DNA of 32,000 bases, from NCBI RefSeq assembly GCF_000009965.1, contig NC_006624.1, positions 1,830,001 through 1,862,000 of the forward strand, in the 5' to 3' direction. The notes below the pieces were generated by a model. It saw only the letters and a list, made by a program, of their open reading frames with translations, was not told where the DNA came from and did not search any database. The DNA is from Thermococcus kodakarensis KOD1 (lineage in GTDB: Archaea > Methanobacteriota_B > Thermococci > Thermococcales > Thermococcaceae). Numbering within the stretch: the first letter of the stretch is position 1; the number at the start of each line of letters is the position of its first letter. Both the position numbers and the translations under genes were made by a program. Below are positions 15,611-23,975 of this stretch, one piece after another.

Positions 15611-15629
15611 CAAAAAGGAAAGAAAAGGG
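15611..15629 (-). terminator. Oligo-T terminator (CCCTTTTCTTTCCTTTTTG on the minus strand) after the ABC ATPase gene
   Basis: Three T-runs immediately downstream of the minus-strand stop at 15631-15633. Confidence 0.55.
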
Positions 15630-15630
15630 T

Positions 15631-16548
15631 TCATTCCACCATTTTTAGGAATATTTCTTCGAGGGTGGGTTCTTTGATTTGTAGGGTGAGTATTTTTGCT
15701 CCTTGTTTTGCTACGTAGTCGTGGAGTTCTTCCCTGATGTCTCTCTCGGCCACAATCCTGTACTTGTTTTCGCCGAGGGGTGAAGCGCGCCAGGGAGCAC
15801 TGCTCCAGTCGACGGGCTTGCTCGTCTCCAGAATTATCGTGTAGCCCGCTTTCTCAAGGAACTCGCGCTTAATCTCTTCCAAGCTTCCTTCCCTGATGAG
15901 TTTTCCCTTCACGATGACTCCAACGGTATCGCAGATCTCCTCAACGTGGGCCAGGATGTGGCTTGAGAAGAAGACCGTTTTGCCCGCCTTCCTCTGCTCC
16001 CTGATTATGTCTTTGAATTCTGCGATGCCCTTTGGATCCAGGCCGCTCATTGGCTCGTCGAGGATTAAGAGGTCCGGGTCGTTAATTAGGGCCTGAGCCA
16101 GGAGGAGTCTCTGTCTCATGCCCTTTGAGAATTTGCCGACTTTTCTGTTCTTAGCCTCGCTTAGGCCGACTAAGTCTAGGAGTTCTTTGATTCTTTTCTC
16201 CTTCTCGGCCTTCGGAATTTTGAAGGCGTCGGCGATTATATCGAGGGTTTGGACTGGTGTGAGAAAGTCCCAGAGGGTCGCATGCTCGGGCATGTAGCCG
16301 ATTCTCTTCTTTGCTTGGACGAGGTTGTTCTCGTCGAATTTTCCATCCCTGAAGACTTCTAGGTCGAAGAGCTGAATGCGGCCTTGTTGTGGGAAGATTA
16401 GGCCGAGGGTGCTGAGGATGGTGGTGCTTTTTCCTGCTCCGTTTGGGCCTAGGAAGCCGTAGATTTGGCCGGGTTTAACCTCAAGGTTAAGGCCGTCGAG
16501 GGCCCTAACGTCCTTGTAGAATTTGACGAGATTCTCAACTCTCATCAC
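15631..16548 (-). CDS. ABC transporter ATP-binding protein (ABC-2/CcmA-type)
   Basis: Walker A GPNGAGKSTT, Q-loop, signature FSKGMRQRL, Walker B LLILDEPMSGLDP, H-loop SSHIL, and a C-terminal accessory domain. Confidence 0.9.
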   Translation of the reverse strand: MMRVENLVKFYKDVRALDGLNLEVKPGQIYGFLGPNGAGKSTTILSTLGLIFPQQGRIQLFDLEVFRDGKFDENNLVQAKKRIGYMPEHATLWDFLTPVQTLDIIADAFKIPKAEKEKRIKELLDLVGLSEAKNRKVGKFSKGMRQRLLLAQALINDPDLLILDEPMSGLDPKGIAEFKDIIREQRKAGKTVFFSSHILAHVEEICDTVGVIVKGKLIREGSLEEIKREFLEKAGYTIILETSKPVDWSSAPWRASPLGENKYRIVAERDIREELHDYVAKQGAKILTLQIKEPTLEEIFLKMVE

Positions 16549-16554
16549 AAACCA

Positions 16555-17475
16555 TCACCTCAAATCCATCCTAAGGAACCTGACTAATCCAAGCGCGAGG
16601 TACACGGGGGTGAGGCCCAGGATTATGAGAACCGGGGCCGGATTTTTGGCTATGGAGTGGCTGACCCCCAGGTATTCAATCGTGTATGTTCCGTCGTTAT
16701 TGAACGAGATTTTTTCTATGTCTTCAAACGCCTCTATCATCATTACCTGGGGTGCGTAGAAGAGGTACTTCAGGTGGTACTCTTCCTGAAGCTCCTCAAG
16801 CCTCTGCTGGTACGCCGAGGCCTCTTCCGGGGTTAATTTGAGAAAATCTCCCCTCTTCTGGATTCCGAATTCCTTATCCGCTTTCTTCTCTGCCCACCCA
16901 TCAACAACCTGGGGCATCACCAGGGAAGTCACAAGGAATAGGACAAGGGCAACTCCAAGGGCCGTGTTCTGGGAGCGTATCACGCTCGATATAAGAATTC
17001 CCAGGGCAAGGAGCTGGAGCATCGCCAGGAGGATGAGACCGTTGGCCAGCACGAGGTCGGAGATCAGCTTCCCCGTGAGCGAGACTCCGTAGTACTTTGT
17101 TATAACGAAGGAGAGCAGGGTGGCGATGAGAATGGCCACGATTATGCTGACCGACTGGCCCAGGAACTTGCCCAAGAGATAGGGGGCTCTTCTTATGGGC
17201 TTGCTGAGGGCCAGTCTTATCGTCCCGTTCTCAAGGTCGGAGTTCAGCGCGGTTGCCCCAGCGATGAGCGCGTAGAGCCCTATGAAGAGGAATGCACCCG
17301 CTACCACGTATTCTACGAGGCTCACTGCCAGGACTTCCTGAGGATTCGAGGCACTCTCAAGGTTGCCTTGGATTTCATAAAAAGCCATGATGTAGATCAG
17401 CACCATCAGAGCCGTTATCAGCCAGAACTTCTTCTGCCGTATGCTGTTCCCAGCTTCTAGTTTTAGACTCCACAC
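16555..17475 (-). CDS. ABC-2 family permease (NosY/YhaP-like), one module with a roughly 90-aa loop insertion
   Basis: 6 TM segments. ENGTIRLALSKPIRRAPYLLGKF follows TM1-TM2. A charged insertion (EKKADKEFGIQKRGDFLKLTPEEASAYQQRLEELQEEYH...) precedes the last TM. Confidence 0.7.
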   Translation of the reverse strand: MWSLKLEAGNSIRQKKFWLITALMVLIYIMAFYEIQGNLESASNPQEVLAVSLVEYVVAGAFLFIGLYALIAGATALNSDLENGTIRLALSKPIRRAPYLLGKFLGQSVSIIVAILIATLLSFVITKYYGVSLTGKLISDLVLANGLILLAMLQLLALGILISSVIRSQNTALGVALVLFLVTSLVMPQVVDGWAEKKADKEFGIQKRGDFLKLTPEEASAYQQRLEELQEEYHLKYLFYAPQVMMIEAFEDIEKISFNNDGTYTIEYLGVSHSIAKNPAPVLIILGLTPVYLALGLVRFLRMDLR

Positions 17476-17480
17476 CTATA

Positions 17481-19028
17481 TCACCTCAGGTCTGCCTTTT
17501 TGAACTTCAACCAAGAGGCGACGAGGTAAAGTACCGTTGGGACGATCAGCATAAGCAAGTTTGCCTCATAGTCTAAAATACTGTCCAGTGGCCCTGGCGG
17601 CAGTGCTTTCTTCGGAGACACCGCCGATGCTAGGACAGAGTGCTGAACCTCTGGAACCGGGAAGTAGAGGGCCTTTCTCGCGAACTCTTCAGAGCGTCCA
17701 AACACTGCCATAAATGCTATCGGTACTGCGAAGTCCAGCAGGAAGGCCAGTAGGATTGAGGTTAGGAGTGCTTTTCTGCCCCCTGTGAGGGTTGAGAGCA
17801 GGTAGCCGAGGGCAAGGTAGTAGAGGAGCGAGAGGAATAGGAGAACTCCGAAGACGAGCCCAATTTCAACGGCCCTCCTTCCACCCCCGAGGTGAACGGC
17901 GTAGGCGATGAGAACCCCAGCGTAAAGGGCCGTGCCGAGGAAGACCGCCACCACGTCGCTCAGGAGCGTTCCCAGGAAGAAGTCCTTTCTCCTTAGGGGC
18001 TTGCTGAGCAGGACTCTGGCAGTTCCGTTCTCCACGGTCGAGCTTATTGAAAGCGCCCCGAGCGGGAGAACCACGAGGGGCAGGGGAACCCCGCTTAGGT
18101 TGAAAATGAGCGAGTTCAAAAGGCCTGCAGGGCCGTAGTGGGTGTAGCCTTTGCTGAGGGAGGGTAACTTCATCAGTGCCATCAAGCCTGAGAAAACTGC
18201 AAAGGCAATGAAGCGCTTGCTCTGCAGGCTCAGACCGAGGAAGACTCCGTAAAGCCCGCGCAGTGGGGAGGAGACACCCACGGGCACTTCCGCGGGTAGG
18301 GATCTGGATCCTCTGAGCTCCGTCAGTCTGAAGATCTCCATTCCAGCGATTGAGAGGGCAAGTGAGAGGGCTAAAAGCTCTCCAACGGACCTGTGAGATA
18401 TCGAGATTTCACTTTCAAGAGAAAGAACCTTTCCGAGATAAACCGTCGGGATAAACGAATAGTCCAGCCCTCCCGCGAGGGCAAGGATGACGAAGGCCCC
18501 GAGGCCGAGAACGACTCCGAAGTCTCGGGAGGTCGCGAGCGGGAGCAGGAGGAGGGCGATTCCGATTACACCGATCAGCGAGAGCGAGAGTGCGAGCGAG
18601 CCGAGAACGTAGTCCCTGACCTCGAAGTCGTGAAGGAACATCGCGAGAGCTCCCGAAAGCACTATCCCAATAGTGGAAGCTAAGGCGAGCTTTAACCCCT
18701 CAATGACCCAGTTGAGGAAGTAGCGCCTTCTCGTTAGTGGCTTTGAGAGCATCAGGACTAAGTTGCCGCGCTCAAAGTCCGAGCCGAAGCGCGAGAGGAG
18801 GAGAATCAGGATAACTGGGAAGATCAGGTACTTGAGAAAGACGGGAAGCCACTCTGTCAAAAGTCTGAGTGTCACTAAGTAGCCAAGCTTTTCTGGGGGG
18901 AGTGTTATGTTGTGGACGCTGAAATAGTATAGCTCCAGCTCTACTCCGATGGCTGGGAAGAGAGAAAGGAGGAAGACGATAACTGGATGGTTAGTTCCGA
19001 TCCGTTCCATCAGCTTGGCTCCTTTCAT
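17481..19028 (-). CDS. Duplicated ABC-2-type permease-like membrane protein (two modules)
   Basis: It carries two copies of the module signature, FERGNLVLMLSKPLTRRRYFLNW and ENGTARVLLSKPLRRKDFFLGT. Each is followed by 4-5 hydrophobic helices. 4-nt overlap with the upstream gene. Confidence 0.65.
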   Translation of the reverse strand: MKGAKLMERIGTNHPVIVFLLSLFPAIGVELELYYFSVHNITLPPEKLGYLVTLRLLTEWLPVFLKYLIFPVILILLLSRFGSDFERGNLVLMLSKPLTRRRYFLNWVIEGLKLALASTIGIVLSGALAMFLHDFEVRDYVLGSLALSLSLIGVIGIALLLLPLATSRDFGVVLGLGAFVILALAGGLDYSFIPTVYLGKVLSLESEISISHRSVGELLALSLALSIAGMEIFRLTELRGSRSLPAEVPVGVSSPLRGLYGVFLGLSLQSKRFIAFAVFSGLMALMKLPSLSKGYTHYGPAGLLNSLIFNLSGVPLPLVVLPLGALSISSTVENGTARVLLSKPLRRKDFFLGTLLSDVVAVFLGTALYAGVLIAYAVHLGGGRRAVEIGLVFGVLLFLSLLYYLALGYLLSTLTGGRKALLTSILLAFLLDFAVPIAFMAVFGRSEEFARKALYFPVPEVQHSVLASAVSPKKALPPGPLDSILDYEANLLMLIVPTVLYLVASWLKFKKADLR

Positions 19029-20257
19029 CTGACCACGCCCCTAAGCTCGATTCTGAGAGCGCGCAGATGGATAAGGAGTATAACGGGTAGCGTGAGAATA
19101 AGGAACAAGACGGCGACGAGGATTGAGTTCTCCTGGAGCGTTGGACTCATCAAAAGCCCTAAAAACGGGAGCACTACGAGCGCCAGTTTCCTGCTGAAGA
19201 GACCGATGAGAAAAATGACGGCCGACGTGAAGAGAAGCACTGGGAAGGAGGGGCCAAAAACAGGTGTGAAAAGAGTAAAAACGGCCGAAACCACGAGGAA
19301 ACGCCTGGTTATGTATGTCCTTCTTACGGGTTTGCTGAGGATTAGGGAGTAATCTTCCGAGAGGATCTCCAGCACTGCCAGGGGGAGGAGGAATAGGGAG
19401 AAGAACGCCTTAAGAGTTCCCTCAACCGGAAGGATCAACACCATGAAGAGCGCGAGGAACGCTCTCGAAGCCCAGAGGGCCGCCACCTCCTTCCGAACCC
19501 ACCAGGGGAGCGATTGGACGTACAGTGATGGGAGTGTCGGTCTTAGAAGTCCGCCTGGTTCGAGGCGGAGGAAAGTAAGGAGGGAAACCGCGAGTAGAAG
19601 GGCCGTAAAGCCAAGAGAAACCCCGAACCTAAGAAATGCATCTTCTCGATCTCCACCCGCAACGTCGCGGGCAAAGAGTTCGAGCTGGACGCCGGGTGAG
19701 AAGAACGCCATATTGCCGTACTCCTTTTCGAGGGAGTGCACGATAGCAGAGTACTCGGCTTTTTTGGCCTCGTAATCAGCAAAGGTCTCGATTCCCAGCG
19801 CTTTCTGAGCGTTGTCTTGGGCCTTCATATCTATGTAGCCCATTGGGACAAACGTCAGAAAGAGGAAAATCACAGTCCCCACGAGGACGACCTTCTTCGG
19901 ATTTTTGAGGAAAAACGCGGTTAGGTATCCCATTGGAAGGAAGGGAAGGGCAAACACGGCATAGAGGGCGCTTATGGGTTTTATGACTGCAGGGAGGAAT
20001 ACAAAAAGGGACAGTGTGATGTGGGAGAGGAGGAGTCCAATGAAGAGCCCGGCCCTTCGGAAAGGCTTAGAGAGCAGTATTTCAATGCCCTCGGAGATGC
20101 CCATCGGGAAAACCGATGAAAGCAAGAAGCCGAGGGCTAAGTAAGGAATTATGGGCGAGATTTCACTATCAATGAGCATGGAGATCAGGGTTAGGGTCGA
20201 TGCAACCAGGAGGGGTCTTGAGAGCCGTCGTGCTTCTATTTTGAGGATGGTCAGCAT
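19025..20257 (-). CDS. Duplicated ABC-2-type permease-like membrane protein (two modules)
   Basis: Signatures ISEGIEILLSKPFRRAGLFIG and LSEDYSLILSKPVRRTYITRRF. I prefer the ATG at 20257 (MLTILKIEARR...), which is preceded by GGTGATAAA, over the track start at 20299. Confidence 0.6.
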   Translation of the reverse strand: MLTILKIEARRLSRPLLVASTLTLISMLIDSEISPIIPYLALGFLLSSVFPMGISEGIEILLSKPFRRAGLFIGLLLSHITLSLFVFLPAVIKPISALYAVFALPFLPMGYLTAFFLKNPKKVVLVGTVIFLFLTFVPMGYIDMKAQDNAQKALGIETFADYEAKKAEYSAIVHSLEKEYGNMAFFSPGVQLELFARDVAGGDREDAFLRFGVSLGFTALLLAVSLLTFLRLEPGGLLRPTLPSLYVQSLPWWVRKEVAALWASRAFLALFMVLILPVEGTLKAFFSLFLLPLAVLEILSEDYSLILSKPVRRTYITRRFLVVSAVFTLFTPVFGPSFPVLLFTSAVIFLIGLFSRKLALVVLPFLGLLMSPTLQENSILVAVLFLILTLPVILLIHLRALRIELRGVVR

Positions 20258-20552
20258 TTTATCACCACAGGAATTCAATCGGGATTTGGCAGGAGGCATG
20301 AATGCTAATGAGCCACTTTTTATATATCTAAAAACTTTAGCACTACTTTAAAGATATCCTCAATTCCAATCAGGAAAAGTTAGAAGGAGAACTTAAAAAT
20401 TTACCTCTTGTCTGTTCCTCATGCGCTTTAGCCCTCGCGGCATCCTTAGACCCTTTGAACACCGCTAAGGGACATGGGATAATGGGCTGGCCGGCATCGT
20501 GGGGAGTACACTCCAACTTCGACCTCTAATTCTGGAGGGAGATACGGCATAA

Positions 20553-21737
20553 TCACAGCCGTGGCTGCCACTGATCAACGTCCTCCTTGAGCACGTTTGA
20601 CACCGCGATTGCAAAGAACGCTATTACCACCGCCGAGACGAGGACTGCCCACCAGTAGCGACCCATCAAGGCTCCCTGCTTGAGAAGTTCTGAGGTGTAA
20701 GAGCCCCAATTAGTGCCAGGAATAATGTTGAACAGACCGAGCACCGAAACAAACGCCACCACCCTGGGGAAGAGCATGCTGACGTAGGAGAGCGTATAAC
20801 TGAGCACGAGGGGGAGAATGTGCCTCAATATTATGTAGACATCCGAGGCACCCATGCTTTTGCTGGCCGCAATGTACTCCTGAACTTTCTCATTTTCCAC
20901 TATGCCCCGTACGGAGTTGGAGTACTGGCTGAAAAAGAAGAGCGCTATGATGATCCCGGCGAGCCAGTCTGGGATAATGAGTTTAGTGTACGCTCCCACC
21001 TTGGAAACGGCGTATATCATTACCAAGACGAGAGGGATTGCCGGTATTGAGTGAAACGCCTCCACAAGCACCCTGGCAGCATCACCGATAACGTTGGAGT
21101 AATAGCCTGACATGACGCCAAAGGGCAGGCCTATGACTATAACGAACAGCACTGCAAAGCCAGCGAGCACAATAGTTCCCCATGTGGCCCGTACAAAGCC
21201 GGCCCATAGATCCCTGCCATATCCGTCGGTACCCAACAGGCCGTAGGCGTTGCCGAATAGAACTACCTCCCCAGATTCGACTCTAATTGTGTAGTCCCCC
21301 ATCAAAAGAGTCCCATCTCCAGAGAGGAAGAGAATCTGAGCAGGCTCGTGAAGAACAATACTCCCCTCATCGAGGCCCAGCTCCCTTCCGAAGGCTTTGA
21401 CTTGGGCGGCCAAGGTGACGTTGGAGTTGACGCTTCCCGTTCCCGAAAGCCTGATTGAAAGGCCATCCGGACGGATTATGAGGAGGGTGGCGTTTGAAAG
21501 CACCAAGTTGGTCGGTAGGGTTCTCACGGACACAACAACCTCATCCCCTTCGCTTAATTTAAGCGACCCCATGTCTGCTCTTGGATGCCAAACAGGGAGG
21601 GCGTTTTTTGGATAGTCGACCCAGTAAAGCCTATCGTCCCAGTGCTTCATCTCCTCTGAAGAAACCGAGCTACGTGCGCCCAGCATGAACACGATAAAAA
21701 CAGCCACCATCATGAGTCCTCGCTTGTTCACCCTCAT
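20553..21737 (-). CDS. Opp/Dpp-family ABC permease (OppC/DppC-like) with a roughly 170-aa N-terminal extracytoplasmic domain
   Basis: GRDLWAGFVRATWGTIVLAGFAVLFVIVIGLPFGVMSGYY and the EAA-region-like AASKSMGASDVYIILRHILPLVLSY. 4-nt overlap with the upstream permease gene. Confidence 0.75.
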   Translation of the reverse strand: MRVNKRGLMMVAVFIVFMLGARSSVSSEEMKHWDDRLYWVDYPKNALPVWHPRADMGSLKLSEGDEVVVSVRTLPTNLVLSNATLLIIRPDGLSIRLSGTGSVNSNVTLAAQVKAFGRELGLDEGSIVLHEPAQILFLSGDGTLLMGDYTIRVESGEVVLFGNAYGLLGTDGYGRDLWAGFVRATWGTIVLAGFAVLFVIVIGLPFGVMSGYYSNVIGDAARVLVEAFHSIPAIPLVLVMIYAVSKVGAYTKLIIPDWLAGIIIALFFFSQYSNSVRGIVENEKVQEYIAASKSMGASDVYIILRHILPLVLSYTLSYVSMLFPRVVAFVSVLGLFNIIPGTNWGSYTSELLKQGALMGRYWWAVLVSAVVIAFFAIAVSNVLKEDVDQWQPRL

Positions 21738-22747
21738 GCCGTAATCCCCCTCGGGTCAAGTCTGGTTTTGAGGAATTCGACTGCCATAGCTATAAGGAGG
21801 TTCAGCACTATGAATACCAAGAGAGGGAATGCAAAGAGGCTGGGGACGAAGTAGAAGGTTTCTGCCATTGAACCGGAGAAGCTTGAACCAATCATTTGTC
21901 CCAGCCCTCCAAGCTTAAAGAGGTGGTCAACGACGATAACTATGCCCTCGACCTCGATTAAGTGAGAAAACCATATGGACAGCGCCGGCACGGATATCGC
22001 CCTAAGGGCGGACATCAGAATCCTGTTTTCGGGAAGGCCCATAGCACGTTTGTAACTCACATAGGGGTTGAGAACCTCCCTGCTTAACAAAAAGTAAAAC
22101 TCGACGGCAAGATACCAGAAAGAGGTCAGGACGACCGTAAGAACGGGGAACACCATGCTCTCAAGGACATCGAGTAGCCCGGCACCTGGTCCGGGGGATA
22201 TTACGAGATCGTTGGGGAGCGGCGAGTAAATGATGAGTAGGATGAAGACAACACCAGGCCACCAGGCGGGAATTCCCAAAACCACCTTGGTAAGGTTATT
22301 CAATAGCCCAGCCACCCTCGGACTTTTTAGTGCCCAAAAGGCAACCATGAGCGAGAGCGGGACTAAAATGATCTCGGAGATAAAGAGGAGAATCAAAGTT
22401 CGCAGAAGAGCCTCTTTTCTTGGAATCCTGAACTGGTATAACTCAAGTTTTCTCCAAATTTTGTCCTGAGGGGGTTTTACCGACGATACGAGTGCATTAA
22501 AGCCCACAACCACCGAGGGCTTTGTGAGTTCCGGGTACTTCTTGGGGGCTATGTACTTCATGTAGTACTCCTCTGGCGTCATGCCCAACTTAGGGGCGTT
22601 TTTGTAAACCTCAGGATGTTTTAGGATATCGTTTTTTGCCATCTCCCTAAGTCCAGCCTTGACGCCCGTTCCCACTAAAAAGGTCACCAGCAAGAGCGTC
22701 AGCGTGAACCTGACGGCCACCCGGAGCAGTCCCCGTGCGTTTCTCAA
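21734..22747 (-). CDS. Opp/Dpp-family ABC permease (OppB/DppB-like)
   Basis: YVSYKRAMGLPENRILMSALRAISVPALS (compare Y-V-x-x-A-R-A-K-G-L) and the C-terminal LKTRLDPRG typical of DppB-type permeases. 6 TM segments. Confidence 0.7.
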   Translation of the reverse strand: MRNARGLLRVAVRFTLTLLLVTFLVGTGVKAGLREMAKNDILKHPEVYKNAPKLGMTPEEYYMKYIAPKKYPELTKPSVVVGFNALVSSVKPPQDKIWRKLELYQFRIPRKEALLRTLILLFISEIILVPLSLMVAFWALKSPRVAGLLNNLTKVVLGIPAWWPGVVFILLIIYSPLPNDLVISPGPGAGLLDVLESMVFPVLTVVLTSFWYLAVEFYFLLSREVLNPYVSYKRAMGLPENRILMSALRAISVPALSIWFSHLIEVEGIVIVVDHLFKLGGLGQMIGSSFSGSMAETFYFVPSLFAFPLLVFIVLNLLIAMAVEFLKTRLDPRGITA

Positions 22748-22800
22748 TCAAATCCCTCCAAAATAATGTCCCCTCAGAAATCGACATTCCCAACTGTTCC

Positions 22801-23148
22801 TCACTTTCCTTTTAGACTTATATCGAGACTTAGGGAATCCCCTCCCTCGTTCCTGATAATAACCTTCCAAGAACCCTCGGGAAGCTTCACGGTCTCCTTA
22901 ACCTTGGTAACGTTCCCCCTCTTGAAAATCTCCTTTGATCCGTCCGAGGAGACTATCAGCAGGGTAAACGGACCGTTTCCGGAGACATTCACGTCCAAAT
23001 CCACAGGTCCCTTAAAGGAGTACCTGAGCTCTTTATGAGGTCCAATTATCTTGCCCTTCGAGTAAACGAAGTTTCCTCCCTCCATGCATCCGGCAACGAG
23101 AGCCACAAGGAGCAAACTGGTTAAAACTACGAGGCCCCCTCTACTCAT
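22801..23148 (-). CDS. Small secreted lipoprotein (115 aa), predicted all-beta, unknown function
   Basis: Signal peptide plus a lipobox-like LVAGC. The mature roughly 95 aa show an alternating beta pattern (VDLDVNVSGNGPFTLLIVSSDGS...WKVIIRNEGGDSLSLDISL). It sits 53 nt upstream of the OppB-like gene. Confidence 0.6.
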   Translation of the reverse strand: MSRGGLVVLTSLLLVALVAGCMEGGNFVYSKGKIIGPHKELRYSFKGPVDLDVNVSGNGPFTLLIVSSDGSKEIFKRGNVTKVKETVKLPEGSWKVIIRNEGGDSLSLDISLKGK

Positions 23149-23296
23149 CCTTCATCCCCCGGCCGATAACTAAAATTCCCAAAGCAGAAATGATCACGAG
23201 ACATTATAAATTTTACCTCTTCTTTGAGACATTGCACTTTATGGATGGGGATAGATAAGTAGCAAAACTAAACACAATAACAATAAAGAAAAATCC

Positions 23297-23971
23297 TCAC
23301 TTGTTCATCATCAGCCTTATCCTCTCGGCGGCGTCCTTCGCCTTGTCGGAGATGTTGCTGAGGGTTCTGGCTATGTTGAGGATGTAGAAGCCCTCGCTCC
23401 AGTCCATCCTGCCAGCGTTCTGGAAGACCAGCCTCATAAGCTCCGTATCGAGGCCGTCGATCTTGCTTTCGACTCCCTCAATCTCATGTATGATCTCGTA
23501 CTCCCTCTCGATCTCCTTTTCTGCAAACCCGCTCTCGATGACCCTGTCCATCTGGACTATCGCCTCATAGACAAGCTTAGCCGCTTTGATGCTCTCCGTG
23601 CCCATCTGAAGGATGACTTCTTTTATCTCCTCTGGAATGTTTCCAGGTTCTTTAACGAGGAGCCACTTGGCTGTGTCCTCTGCGGCATCGGCCACCTTGT
23701 CCTGCATGTGGAGGTATATGAGGACGTCCTCCCTCGCCACTGCCATCATGAGCTTTGAGCTGAGGGAGTCCCTTATCTCCTCTTTTATCCTGTCCGCAAC
23801 GTCCTCAAGCCTGTCCACTTCGAGGGCGAGCTTCTTCATCTCCTCGTAGTTGCCCTCACGCCACGCCTGGAGCGCCTTCTCAAGGGTCTCAACGGTTTGG
23901 AGGGCAACCTCGGCGTGCTTTATCAGAGGTTTAAATGGACTTTTCGCAAAGAGCTTGGTCCAGACCTGCAT
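23297..23971 (-). CDS. DUF47 / PhoU-like phosphate transport regulator (PiT accessory protein)
   Basis: LFAKSPFKPLIKHAEVALQTVETL...VDRLEDVADRIKEEIRD...DKVADAAED...ISDKAKDAAERI are the paired helical PhoU-like repeats of the TIGR00153/DUF47 family. The ATG at 23971 is preceded by GGTGATAAC and lies 4 nt after the PiT stop. Confidence 0.8.
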   Translation of the reverse strand: MQVWTKLFAKSPFKPLIKHAEVALQTVETLEKALQAWREGNYEEMKKLALEVDRLEDVADRIKEEIRDSLSSKLMMAVAREDVLIYLHMQDKVADAAEDTAKWLLVKEPGNIPEEIKEVILQMGTESIKAAKLVYEAIVQMDRVIESGFAEKEIEREYEIIHEIEGVESKIDGLDTELMRLVFQNAGRMDWSEGFYILNIARTLSNISDKAKDAAERIRLMMNK

Positions 23972-23975
23972 GTTA

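Noticed and set aside
15230-15634. 134-aa minus-strand ORF, and the N-terminal 41-codon extension of the kinase-like ORF (15256-15378)
   Set aside because: Both run antisense through the RAM-domain gene and the divergent promoter. The kinase fold begins only after the internal Met at 15255.
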